From NCBI GenBank assembly GCA_045106415.1, contig JBGCEP010000043.1:9630-73629 (forward strand): DNA of 64,000 bases, read 5' to 3'. The stretch comes from Oligoflexales bacterium (GTDB lineage: Bacteria; Bdellovibrionota_B; Oligoflexia; Oligoflexales; Bog-1112). Made by a program: the position numbers and the translations under genes. Shown piece by piece: positions 1 through 9,271 of this stretch (the stretch's first letter is position 1; every line of letters begins with the position of its first letter). The notes under the pieces are model-generated. The model worked only from the letters and a program-made list of their open reading frames with translations. It did not search any database and was not told the DNA's origin.

Positions 1-52
1 AACAAGCTGCTATAGAAAATAAAGGAACAGAAATATCACCATTCGCTGTCAT
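1..52 (-). CDS. 5' fragment of a probable membrane protein running off the window edge
   Basis: ATG overlaps the ybeY stop (ATGA); reads MTANGDISVPLFSIAAC..., a hydrophobic start. Too short to assign. Confidence 0.4.
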   Translation of the reverse strand, partial: MTANGDISVPLFSIAAC

Positions 53-582
53 GACATACCCTTTGGTGCAGGGCTTCTCACACAACCAGGCCACACTTCA
101 TCTAAAACACCCATTATTTTTTTCTGTTGTTCAATCATAAGAGCTTCCTCCCCCGCCTCCTCGTGGTCATGACCACACAAGTGTAAGACACCGTGAACGA
201 TCAGAAAAGCAACCTCCTGATCCAGGCCCTGACCAATATGTTCAGCATTTCGTTGTGCATCATCCAGCGATATCACAACATCACCCAAAGGCTCAGGTAC
301 CACACCTGGGTGATCAAATTCTACTGCTGACGGCGAATCCTCAAATAACAGAGGATTATCCCAATGGTACTGAGGAAAAGACAGTACGTCAGTTGACTTC
401 ATCAGGCCTCGATGCTCTGTATTAATAACCTGCATATGCTCAGAGGTTACAAAAGTAACATCCAATAAATATTGCGCAACCCCTAAGTGGGCACACACCT
501 TAGATGCGATCAGCCGTATTTGATCCTCTTGGATCACACAACGATCTTGTTCGTCAGTAATATAAATTTTATTGTCGCTCAA
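49..582 (-). CDS. ybeY: rRNA maturation endoribonuclease YbeY
   Basis: Motifs TDVLSFP, LGDVVIS and HGVLHLCGHDH (H3xH5xH). Confidence 0.95.
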   Translation of the reverse strand: MSDNKIYITDEQDRCVIQEDQIRLIASKVCAHLGVAQYLLDVTFVTSEHMQVINTEHRGLMKSTDVLSFPQYHWDNPLLFEDSPSAVEFDHPGVVPEPLGDVVISLDDAQRNAEHIGQGLDQEVAFLIVHGVLHLCGHDHEEAGEEALMIEQQKKIMGVLDEVWPGCVRSPAPKGMS

Positions 583-908
583 CTCTTTGGCTTTCTTTTC
601 TCTTCTTGCTCAACTTGCGCGTCACTAGGAAACTGACGAACTTCAGCAACTTCCATCTGTTTTTTAACTGGGGTGTAGTCAGACACTTCTGAGCGCAAGT
701 CTTCTAAAGAGGAAATTCGTGGTGCCCGTTGTTTTTGTGACAACAGCCAACGAGAAGCACTATTAAGAAGGTCCTCAGGGGTCATTTTCTCGCTCTGAGT
801 CGAGTTTTCAGAACTTATTTTCGTCACATTCTGTATTTTCAAAACACCCTCGAAATACTCTCTTGCTCGAAGTATACCATATTTCAACTTACCGGTGGAA
901 TCCACCAA
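579..908 (-). CDS. hypothetical protein
   Basis: 109-aa ORF overlapping both trmB and ybeY; no recognisable motif. Confidence 0.55.
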   Translation of the reverse strand: MVDSTGKLKYGILRAREYFEGVLKIQNVTKISSENSTQSEKMTPEDLLNSASRWLLSQKQRAPRISSLEDLRSEVSDYTPVKKQMEVAEVRQFPSDAQVEQEEKRKPKS

Positions 909-1570
909 TGATTATAAATAGGTAAACCTTTCCCTCTAAATTTTCTTTCAAAGCTTGAAGAGTAATCCTCATCGTAAGGGCTCACTGACTCTTGGCGCCT
1001 AAAACCGTGGCTCTCTAATATTTGAGCTGTATGCTGCGAATAATCACCGCAGTCGGTTTTGAACCAAAAGTATCCTCCACAATTGAGCGCACGCTTGATC
1101 GCAACACACAAGTCATCTTGAAACAATCTCTTGTGTGTATAGCCTTTTTTATGAGTCCAAGGATCAGGAAAAAACATAATAACACCGTCTAGCTCATCTG
1201 GAGCAAATACTTGATCTAAAAATCGAGCATCTGCGAGTACAGCAGCAGCTTTTTGACCAAGGCCCTCTTCCTGCAGCCTCTTAGCTGTCGTCATCACGCG
1301 CTTAAAAGTAATGTCCATCCCAACACAACCTAAGCCTGCCTGCGTACGCGCCAACTCAAGTAAAGTGGCTCCTTTATGTACACCAATTTCAAGCATGAGT
1401 GTCTCACTACTTAAACGCCTTTTCCAGCACCCTGTATACTCTTTAAGCTCTTGACCAAACACCGCTGGAACAGATGCGTCTTTACGGGCCTCATAAAGCT
1501 CTTTCGCATAAGGGTTGATATCAAAACTAAGCCCTTCAGGAAGATCCTCAAAAGGATTTTTTTGGTACAT
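884..1570 (-). CDS. trmB: tRNA (guanine-N7)-methyltransferase TrmB
   Basis: LEIGxxxG SAM-binding motif, FFPDPW..K...HKR, FWFKTD, SSFERKF. Confidence 0.92.
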   Translation of the reverse strand: MYQKNPFEDLPEGLSFDINPYAKELYEARKDASVPAVFGQELKEYTGCWKRRLSSETLMLEIGVHKGATLLELARTQAGLGCVGMDITFKRVMTTAKRLQEEGLGQKAAAVLADARFLDQVFAPDELDGVIMFFPDPWTHKKGYTHKRLFQDDLCVAIKRALNCGGYFWFKTDCGDYSQHTAQILESHGFRRQESVSPYDEDYSSSFERKFRGKGLPIYNHWWIPPVS

Positions 1571-1597
1571 AATTTGGACCTTTAAAAGTAAAGAAAG

Positions 1598-1958
1598 GGT
1601 TAGGTTCAGTAGTAAGCCGGATTCTGTCCCTCACAAAGAGGTGATTGTCATTTATCTAGGACTGTTGTTGCCAACAGCCTCATGCGACTGACCCGAGAGG
1701 CGCTAGGCAACGTCGAGCTTACGCTCTCCTCTCTGTTTAGTCTTGCTTCAGATAGGGTTTACCAAGCCTGAATGTCACCATCCAGCTGGTGAGCTCTTAC
1801 CTCACCGTTTCACCATTGCCGCCAAAAAATGGGTAGGCTGTCTACTCTCTGCTGCACTTTCCGTCGGATTACTCCGCCTGGCCGTTAACCAGTATCTCGC
1901 CTTATGAAGTCCGGACTTTCCTCAACAATAAAGTTGCGACAATCCTCCGAACCTAACC
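1598..1958 (-). ncRNA. rnpB: RNase P RNA (bacterial class A)
   Basis: Minus strand has GAGGAAAGTCCGGAC near the 5' end and ACAGAATCCGGCTTA near the 3' end; terminal P1 helix GGTTAGGTTC/GAACCTAACC; about 360 nt. Confidence 0.97.
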
Positions 1959-2122
1959 GCATAAAGCTTTACAGCTTTTTTTTCACCCAATCAATGATTA
2001 TCTTTCAAAACCCACAACCATTTATTTATAAACATATTTTTTTAATCATTTCATAATTTCACATGTAACCTGAACTTTTTAACCTCACTTGATTAAAAAA
2101 AAAGATATCCGATAAAGGGTAT

Positions 2123-3574
2123 ATGGAATCTATCAGACAAAAAACAATACTCTTACTGTCTTTGCTTTGTATAACATTCTGCGCAAAGCCAGGCGCTGAC
2201 GAAGCTGGAATCACGAACTTAGGTTCACAACAAGATATTACCGGCTCGATTAGAAGCGAAACAGGAGCTCAATCTGATATGGTAGGGTGGAACATTGTTC
2301 TCTTCGACCAAAAAGGACTTATCGCCAGAATAGCAGAGGTGAATAGCGCAGGCATCTACACCCTTCCACAAGTTTACACATCTCAAATCTACACTCTGGC
2401 TCTTCTCTCTCCGACTTTTGTTCACCAAGCTGTTTTGTCTCAAATTTCGCAAACAGAAAGTCAGATTCATCAATATTTCACCATGAATTCAAACGTACTA
2501 CCCACGTTAATCCATAAAGGCCCCATCATATCTTTCCAAGATAGCCGTGAGGTCGATTTCACAAAAGAGTGGGCATGGGCTGACGCCTCTGGAGTTCCCA
2601 CTCCGTTACCTGCGCCAACAGCATTTCAACTTAGTGAAGGGGAGGTGAGCACAGTTGACGCCCCTGACAGTGACGGCATTCTAAACCATGAAGACAGCGA
2701 CATTGACAACGATGGATATATCAACGTCATTGACCTCAACGATGACGGCGACGAGTTCCCAGACCTTATTGATCAAGACGCCAACGGAGACACAATCACT
2801 GATATCAATCAACTTGTTTCAGATCTCCACTACCAAAAAGGTATCCAGTGGCTTGTCGTCAAATATGAAAAAATTCCGATCCCGGAAACAGAAACATTCA
2901 CAACAACGTTAACCTTCTTAACCCTTCTAAGAACTCCACTTGAAACAACCCCTCGATCCATAAGCATCCGAGGTGCGAGTTCGCTTTTCAACGGAGCAAC
3001 CGCAAGCTCTATTAACCCAGACACAGGAGAAGTTACAAGCGTCCCATGGGACGGTTTGTTGCTTGATGACGGAAACAATGAAGATGGAGCTGCAGAAGAC
3101 CTTCTTTACGGAAGAAAAATTCAAATAACAACTCAGCCTGTCGCAAGACAGATGGTTTTTGTAGAACTAGGATACGGCACAGACGAAGCGCCATGGGCTG
3201 ATGCCTATGGTTATTCATTTCCAAACATAACACCGGGGAGCTTAGCACCATCGTACGACAGACTGTCAAACACAGTCACACTAACACAAGGAGACATTAC
3301 AGATGTTTTCGGCAGCAGCGTTTCTGAATTTAGGTGGACATTATCAATTTATCTCGTTGATCTTGATGATCCAACAAAACACACTAAAGTTTTCACTTCT
3401 GGTCCGATTGCTTCTTCATCAACAACATGGAGCTTAGGCGAACAAGCTGACAGTATTTTAGAGGATGGGCAAACATATAAATACAAAGTCTCAGCTCAAG
3501 TTCTTGATCGGATACCAGGACACCCAGCATATCTCATCGAAAGCTTATTACTTGATATCCCGTCCCCTCTATAA
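2123..3574 (+). CDS. secreted protein/lipoprotein with DxDxDG Ca-binding (TSP3-like) repeats and a choice-of-anchor-X-like motif
   Basis: Signal peptide with a Cys (ITFC); DSDIDNDGY / NDDGDEF / DQDANGD repeats; LLLDDGNNEDGAAEDLLYG motif. Confidence 0.7.
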   Translation: MESIRQKTILLLSLLCITFCAKPGADEAGITNLGSQQDITGSIRSETGAQSDMVGWNIVLFDQKGLIARIAEVNSAGIYTLPQVYTSQIYTLALLSPTFVHQAVLSQISQTESQIHQYFTMNSNVLPTLIHKGPIISFQDSREVDFTKEWAWADASGVPTPLPAPTAFQLSEGEVSTVDAPDSDGILNHEDSDIDNDGYINVIDLNDDGDEFPDLIDQDANGDTITDINQLVSDLHYQKGIQWLVVKYEKIPIPETETFTTTLTFLTLLRTPLETTPRSISIRGASSLFNGATASSINPDTGEVTSVPWDGLLLDDGNNEDGAAEDLLYGRKIQITTQPVARQMVFVELGYGTDEAPWADAYGYSFPNITPGSLAPSYDRLSNTVTLTQGDITDVFGSSVSEFRWTLSIYLVDLDDPTKHTKVFTSGPIASSSTTWSLGEQADSILEDGQTYKYKVSAQVLDRIPGHPAYLIESLLLDIPSPL

Positions 3575-3581
3575 GGAGGGT

Positions 3582-3737
3582 CTAAGTATCAAGCCATCCA
3601 CATTTATCCATCACAAACCCTAACGTCCAAGCCCCAATCAAAAAAGGTGCAACAAGACCAACAAACGGCGCGACAACGAGAAACGACATCAATTCCGGAG
3701 TCGACTCTACCTTAAAATCTTCTTCATTCCAGAGCAT
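3582..3737 (-). CDS. small membrane protein (51 aa; 55 aa from ATG 3749), absent from the ORF track
   Basis: MLWNEEDFKVESTPELMSFLVVAPFVGLVAPFLIGAWTLGFVMDKCGWLDT*, preceded by GGGTGG; directly downstream of the ccmG-like gene. Confidence 0.6.
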   Translation of the reverse strand: MLWNEEDFKVESTPELMSFLVVAPFVGLVAPFLIGAWTLGFVMDKCGWLDT

Positions 3738-3770
3738 AAAACCACCCATTCAAACTTCTTATAATCAGAC

Positions 3771-4322
3771 TTAAATCTCTTTTATCTTCTTCCAATAAGA
3801 CTGTAGCATGCTTGATGAAATCGGCCCAGATTCTTTATGCCTCACCACCCCTTGACTATCAATAAAAAGAGTTTCTGGCACACCTGTGACGCCATAATTA
3901 AGGCTTGCATCCCCTGAAACATCTAAACCTAAAGGGTAAGTTTTCCCAAATCTTTGAGCAAAATGCCTTGCTGTTTCCGCATCATCATGAACAGCTATTC
4001 CAAGAATATGCATCTCATCTCTATGCTGAGACCAAAACTCTTCTAAGATATGAGACTCCTCCCTGCAACTCATGCACCAACTTGCCCAAAAATTCAAAAT
4101 CAAAGGTCGGCCTTTTAAATCCTCTAGCGAAACATGATCTTTATCTGAGAAATAGCTTTGCTGAATTAAAGGCACGTCAAAGTCCATAGCCTGCCTTCCC
4201 ACCAAAGGGCTGACAATTGCATTCGGGTTTAAACTCAACCCTTTCGCCAAAAAGCCAATAATCACAAAAGCAACAGCTAAAAAACTCGACGTGGTTATGA
4301 CATGGCGGTACCTTGATTTCAT
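3771..4322 (-). CDS. ccmG: thiol:disulfide oxidoreductase CcmG/DsbE (TlpA-like)
   Basis: N-terminal TM helix, LNFWASWCMSC, YGVTGVPETLFID; located in the ccm operon. Confidence 0.85.
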   Translation of the reverse strand: MKSRYRHVITTSSFLAVAFVIIGFLAKGLSLNPNAIVSPLVGRQAMDFDVPLIQQSYFSDKDHVSLEDLKGRPLILNFWASWCMSCREESHILEEFWSQHRDEMHILGIAVHDDAETARHFAQRFGKTYPLGLDVSGDASLNYGVTGVPETLFIDSQGVVRHKESGPISSSMLQSYWKKIKEI

Positions 4323-4330
4323 GAGTATTC

Positions 4331-4774
4331 CTATTTAAACAAAGATTTTTTTAAAAGCTCATGATCCAGAGAGTGCTCTGCATCAGGTTTTTGATATTCC
4401 TCAGAGTGCTTAACAAACAAAAGCTTTGACGTCATCTGCCGCCCACTCGGATCTAAGCGTCCTTCAACCACAACACCTTGCCCTTCTTTAAACATATCCG
4501 GCGGTGTTCCTTTATGCCTCACTTGAATATCTGAACCCTCAAAATCAGTCACGACAAACGCAAGGGTTAAATCTTCAGGCTTCCAGTCTACACTGCCCGC
4601 TTTCACCATCCCGCCTAAACGGATGTCTTGGTCTTGCACTTTCTGCGCATTCGCTATGGCTTCATGAGGCAGGTAATAATAAACAGCATAATCTCCCAAC
4701 GTCAACAAAGACATCGCTGCAACTGCGCAGCCAATTACAATAATTCCAGCAATCCATTTATGTCGACTCTTCAT
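4331..4774 (-). CDS. ccmE: heme chaperone CcmE
   Basis: YYYLP, IRLGGMV..GS, PDMFKEGQGVVVEG, KHSEEY (HxxxY heme motif). Confidence 0.95.
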   Translation of the reverse strand: MKSRHKWIAGIIVIGCAVAAMSLLTLGDYAVYYYLPHEAIANAQKVQDQDIRLGGMVKAGSVDWKPEDLTLAFVVTDFEGSDIQVRHKGTPPDMFKEGQGVVVEGRLDPSGRQMTSKLLFVKHSEEYQKPDAEHSLDHELLKKSLFK

Positions 4775-4905
4775 ACACCACTCCCTTTCAACACACTTTG
4801 TTTTTGCCGTAATTTTCTACGAACCATGACACCTTGAGCAGCCAATCCAAAAAGACCTATTCCACCCACAGAATATGCAAAAAAAATATAAAAACCCGAC
4901 GACAT
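4771..4905 (-). CDS. ccmD: heme exporter protein CcmD (44 aa), absent from the ORF track
   Basis: MSSGFYIFFAYSVGGIGLFGLAAQGVMVRRKLRQKQSVLKGSGV*; YxxxAY + TM helix + basic tail; TAATG overlap with ccmC and ATGA overlap with ccmE. Confidence 0.85.
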   Translation of the reverse strand: MSSGFYIFFAYSVGGIGLFGLAAQGVMVRRKLRQKQSVLKGSGV

Positions 4906-5597
4906 TACGACTCCTCTAATTGGGATAAAATATCATGCTCAAGATCTCTTTGAATCAAATGATTTGTTGCTCTCAACCAAATCAACCAAGCACCCACAAG
5001 AACCATCCACAGCAGGCTTGGGTATAACAATTGAAGCATTTCCGAAGACATCGTCGAGCCTCCAGACCTCATCAAACTTGGTGGTTGATGCAATGTTCTC
5101 CACCATGTCACACTTTTATAAATAATAGGAACATCTATAAAGATCAGTATACCTAAGACTGCACATGCTTTATGCCTCATCTTTTCTTGAGGCAAAGAAT
5201 TCCACAACAAAATATAGCCACAGTAGAGCAGCGCTAATATCAATGTTGTTGTAAGACGAGCATCCCAAGTCCACCAAGTCCCCCATGTTGGGTAACCCCA
5301 TATCGACCCTGTCGCTAAAGTCAACACTGTTAGCAACAACCCAACTTCCGCGTTTGCTTTTCCATAAAACAAAAGAGAACCATCAGGCTTTATCAAACTT
5401 TTCAAACTTACCAAAAAAAGTGTGAAAGAAAATAAAAATGCCGTTAAAGCACAAGGCACATGTAAATAGAGAATCCTATAAACATCTCCTTGATGCTTAT
5501 CTGTCGTGACACCAAAAATCGCATAACACCAAAGTCCTATAAGAACAGACATCAAAAAAAGACCGACACCGAACTGCTTTCGATCGACAGCTTGCAT
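4905..5597 (-). CDS. ccmC: heme ABC transporter / cytochrome c biogenesis protein CcmC
   Basis: YRILYLHVP, TGSIWGYPTWGTWWTWDARLT (WWD domain), WWRTLHQ; start set at the ATG after GGAG. Confidence 0.95.
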   Translation of the reverse strand: MQAVDRKQFGVGLFLMSVLIGLWCYAIFGVTTDKHQGDVYRILYLHVPCALTAFLFSFTLFLVSLKSLIKPDGSLLFYGKANAEVGLLLTVLTLATGSIWGYPTWGTWWTWDARLTTTLILALLYCGYILLWNSLPQEKMRHKACAVLGILIFIDVPIIYKSVTWWRTLHQPPSLMRSGGSTMSSEMLQLLYPSLLWMVLVGAWLIWLRATNHLIQRDLEHDILSQLEES

Positions 5598-5607
5598 TTT
5601 TACTCCA

Positions 5608-6276
5608 CTATGATGGCCCAATAAACTCTTCAAACAACAAAACACCAAGGGTAAAATATATCACATTAAAACCTGCTACTAGCCCTATCCATGAAGACAC
5701 ATCACTTGTCCCTAAAACCTTCGTCCCAGCTAATCCTGCTAACAAAACAGGAATAGATAAAGGAAAAAACAGAAGCGGGAATAAAATTTCTCTGCCGTCT
5801 GCATGAAACGTCAACATCGCCAACAAAGTTCCCAGGCAAGAAAGTCCAGTACAGACTAGTAACAACAAGGCCCAAAAATCAAAAGACAAAAAAACCCAAA
5901 CAAGGTTCGAATGAAGCACAAACCCCATAAGAACAACAGGAACAGCAACCGATAAACTCAAAACAAACGCTAAAGTACACCGAGAGCAGAACCAAACCCC
6001 ACTAGGAAGAGGAGTCAATCGCAGCGCATCAAAAATACGATCTTCCTTCTCAGGTTCAACACTTCTATAGAGAGCCATTTGTGTTGCGAATAACAATGTT
6101 AAAAAAATCTGAGACGAAAATATTTCCAATACATTTTTATCCGCGTATCCCCCTTGGGCAAATGAAAAGAGCAATAAAACTGTTATAGAAAAAAGAATAG
6201 GAGACACCCATCTTTCTTTATCACAAAACAGTAATTTCAACTGATGAAGCGTGACTTCACAATAAAGATTAAGCAT
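5608..6276 (-). CDS. ccmB: heme exporter permease CcmB
   Basis: Six-TM profile, EKED..FDALRL and REILFPLLFFPLSIPVLL motifs; lies between ccmA and ccmC. Confidence 0.9.
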   Translation of the reverse strand: MLNLYCEVTLHQLKLLFCDKERWVSPILFSITVLLLFSFAQGGYADKNVLEIFSSQIFLTLLFATQMALYRSVEPEKEDRIFDALRLTPLPSGVWFCSRCTLAFVLSLSVAVPVVLMGFVLHSNLVWVFLSFDFWALLLLVCTGLSCLGTLLAMLTFHADGREILFPLLFFPLSIPVLLAGLAGTKVLGTSDVSSWIGLVAGFNVIYFTLGVLLFEEFIGPS

Positions 6277-6913
6277 GCTTCCATCTCTTTAATTCAACAG
6301 TTTCAACAGATAAATTCTTAAGTCCTTGAAGATCATGACTCACAAATAAAACAGCACCTTGATTTTCCACGTGTTTTGCAACCATAACGCTAAAATCTTT
6401 TACACCTTGTTCATCAAGCCCGTATAAAGGTTCATCTAAAATCCACAAATCTGTACTTAATAAAGAAAGCTTTGCAAATGCCAACCTTCTTTTCATCCCT
6501 GTTGAAAAGTAGGCGACAGGAAGTTCTGTTTGAACCAATTTTTGTCGAAAACCCCATTTTTTCAACGCTTCTTCGATCTGACACTGTGAGACTTCTACAC
6601 GAGAAAACTTTGACCAGAACAAAAGATTTTCCATCGCGGTAAGCTTTTGAAATAAACCATTTGCTTCAGCTGGTAAATACTGCAACGATGATTTGGGGAT
6701 AGGCTCGATCTCTTGCGATTGTCTTTGCTCTTGCCAGAACACTCGCCCAGAGCCAGGAGCTCTCAACCCTGCACAAATAGAGAGAAGCGTTGATTTACCA
6801 CACCCATTGGGGCCCTCTATACGCATCATAGACCCAAGAGGAAGCTGAAACTGAACGTGTGAGAAAATAGGCCGCTGCCGATAAGAAAAACTTAAGTCTT
6901 GCACGACCAGCAT
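6269..6913 (-). CDS. ccmA: heme ABC exporter ATPase CcmA
   Basis: Walker A GPNGCGKST, FSTGMKRRL signature, WILDEP, VSH. Confidence 0.9.
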   Translation of the reverse strand: MLVVQDLSFSYRQRPIFSHVQFQLPLGSMMRIEGPNGCGKSTLLSICAGLRAPGSGRVFWQEQRQSQEIEPIPKSSLQYLPAEANGLFQKLTAMENLLFWSKFSRVEVSQCQIEEALKKWGFRQKLVQTELPVAYFSTGMKRRLAFAKLSLLSTDLWILDEPLYGLDEQGVKDFSVMVAKHVENQGAVLFVSHDLQGLKNLSVETVELKRWKHA

Positions 6914-6984
6914 AATACATGTTCCTCTTTTTTATCAGCAATGACTTTATCATGTACTCACGAATATCCAGGGTCAACGATTTT

Positions 6985-8208
6985 CTAATTATCTAAAACA
7001 TTAACGGACAGCACAGCTAGGTAGCGGCGTTCTGGCACAACTCTATTGTCAACCCCTAGGTCAACAGCCTGAGTAGCAACTTCTAATTGAACCAGCCCGA
7101 AGTTCAGGCCTACTCCCGCAGACGGCCCCACCGCACTCGCTCCCAAACGCAAACCAAACAAAGCCTCACTCCCAAAGCCACCAAGGTTCAACTCCATTGC
7201 GACTCGATATTTCTTCTCCAGTGAGATTTCCCTATTTGATAAGTTTTGCGCTTCAATAAGAAAATTAAAAGCTCCTCTTTTTCCTATACGAGGCGAAACA
7301 GAAAAACCAACAGTCACATCTTGCTGAATTTTCAATTGCTCTCTCAACGCAATTTCTTCCTCTGTTTCAGGAAGAGCCCCCTCAGCACCCAAAAGATAAG
7401 AGCTATCATAGTCTCTCACAACGACAGCAAGAGCTGGACGTCCTTTTTTTGCTAAAATCCACAACATACCAAAATTTGTAAGCTGTTTTGACTGTGTCGT
7501 TGATTTCTCTTTTAGAGTCTGCGTTCTATCCCCCACATTCACCACATCTAAGTACTCAAAGTCACCTTTAAATTCTCTGCGAGACACCATCGAATGATAC
7601 ATTCCTAAATAAATCATTTCTTTTTTGTCTGTCACACTAAATCCAAAACCACCACCTGATGAGGATCTATAATTTGCTCGAACCGAGCCTGAATCAACCT
7701 CTTCAGAGCTTTTAAACGCCGAGAGCTGAAGGTCATTGTGAAGCATCATCAAGGTTCTTCCATAACCAAATGTAAACAAAGAGGAGGATCGACCGTATTG
7801 TCTTTTTCCAGCATTTGCATCAACAATTGCGTTCCCGACACCTCTATCTTCAGCACCTCCTAAATTTTGAAAATCCTGCTGGAGCTGCCTAGTATTCACG
7901 TTCACACCTCCCCCCACGTAAGGGAAATGCACTTGCCGTACTTTAGGAGGCCTTTGCCTCCCCCAGTGAATTCCTCCAATACCCGCAGGGTTGTAATAAG
8001 GGGCATGCACTCCATCAGCAAGAGTAGACATAGCACCACCTAGACCCGCGGCCCTTACTGAAACAAAAGGAGCGGGATCTAAATAAGTTTGTACTCTTGC
8101 CGGGTCTTCAGCTCCCTCCACAGCAGTTGTTCCCTGCCCCAAAAGGGGTGAGCTCAATAAAACACCTAAAAAAACACGAATAATCAAAAAAATTCTAAAC
8201 AAACCCAC
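6985..8208 (-). CDS. outer-membrane beta-barrel protein (PorV/FadL/TraF-like)
   Basis: Signal peptide; SVRAAGLGGA...ADG..APYYNPAG N-terminal plug motif; alternating beta-strand pattern. Confidence 0.7.
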   Translation of the reverse strand: MGLFRIFLIIRVFLGVLLSSPLLGQGTTAVEGAEDPARVQTYLDPAPFVSVRAAGLGGAMSTLADGVHAPYYNPAGIGGIHWGRQRPPKVRQVHFPYVGGGVNVNTRQLQQDFQNLGGAEDRGVGNAIVDANAGKRQYGRSSSLFTFGYGRTLMMLHNDLQLSAFKSSEEVDSGSVRANYRSSSGGGFGFSVTDKKEMIYLGMYHSMVSRREFKGDFEYLDVVNVGDRTQTLKEKSTTQSKQLTNFGMLWILAKKGRPALAVVVRDYDSSYLLGAEGALPETEEEIALREQLKIQQDVTVGFSVSPRIGKRGAFNFLIEAQNLSNREISLEKKYRVAMELNLGGFGSEALFGLRLGASAVGPSAGVGLNFGLVQLEVATQAVDLGVDNRVVPERRYLAVLSVNVLDN

Positions 8209-8257
8209 ATCCGCCTCACTATCATAAGCCTTACAGATCGTATCGGACTATTTCTTT

Positions 8258-9271
8258 CTATTTTGAAATTTTCTCTCGAATTTCAAGTTGTTTCAGACAA
8301 CGCAAAGGAAGATAAACCCAACGGAACTGGTCTGTCTCATGACATTCTATCAACCCGATATCAGGATGAGATTTCCAAGATTTTATCTTATAACGACAAG
8401 CACCCTCCATACCCGGAGGATTGGAAGCAACGCTGTGAAAACGCCAGCTTCCAGTTTGATACGTATATCGATGAAACCCCTGCCATTTGTAAGTTTTTTT
8501 ATTCATGAGCCGGCTAATCTTTAGGTTAAGACCGCCTCCTTTTTTGGGTTCTTTCACTTTAACTTCATTGTCGGCAGATGTTTCTTTACTCCCGTCAGTA
8601 GATGATTTCGCATAATATAAATTCGACGGTGGAGGAGGTTGATCCACAAGCTCATCACGGTCAGGAAAACTCATCGTCCATTTTTTTTGATTCACAAGTT
8701 GGATATGAACTCTTCTTGATGGGCCATTTTCAACCCAACAGTTGTTTATAACAATTGGATATGACGGCCCAGGCCACTCTAACCCCCACCTCACCCCTTT
8801 ACCGATCAAGTATTGACTCTCCCATGTAAGCGGGACTCCAAAGTCAAGTTCGCTATCCGCCATACCCACATTCCATGTCAGAGACCCCATTAAAGAAAGA
8901 TCTTTAATCGTAAACGACACGTTTTGAGGCTCACAAATCATGAGATCTTCACGCCGTTTATCCGTATTAATGTAAAGACATCGGCCTTTCGGTGGCGTGA
9001 CATGGATGTAGCCCTTTAAGTCCCACGGCTGCACCCTATTGCTGTTATACAACAGTTCTTTATCATCGAGTTTGATCTTCTCGCCAGGCATTGGATTGAA
9101 ATATTTTGCCATACGTGCGATTTTTTTTGCCTTCGGCTCTTCTACATAGGTTTCACCTTGGAGGATCTGACTCGAGAAAAGAAACGTGACACAGGCAATC
9201 CAAAACGATAAATATCTGTTGATTTTTCGACTGCGTGTATCAAAGAAGTGTGACTTTCCCACTGCGGCCAT
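8258..9271 (-). CDS. hypothetical secreted protein
   Basis: Long ORF with a signal-like hydrophobic stretch and several Cys; start uncertain because it overlaps the upstream gene. Confidence 0.65.
   Translation of the reverse strand: MAAVGKSHFFDTRSRKINRYLSFWIACVTFLFSSQILQGETYVEEPKAKKIARMAKYFNPMPGEKIKLDDKELLYNSNRVQPWDLKGYIHVTPPKGRCLYINTDKRREDLMICEPQNVSFTIKDLSLMGSLTWNVGMADSELDFGVPLTWESQYLIGKGVRWGLEWPGPSYPIVINNCWVENGPSRRVHIQLVNQKKWTMSFPDRDELVDQPPPPSNLYYAKSSTDGSKETSADNEVKVKEPKKGGGLNLKISRLMNKKTYKWQGFHRYTYQTGSWRFHSVASNPPGMEGACRYKIKSWKSHPDIGLIECHETDQFRWVYLPLRCLKQLEIREKISK

Noticed and set aside
579..908. Resemblance of SLEDLRSEV to the N-terminus of family-4 uracil-DNA glycosylase
   Set aside because: No Fe-S cysteines or catalytic motifs follow.
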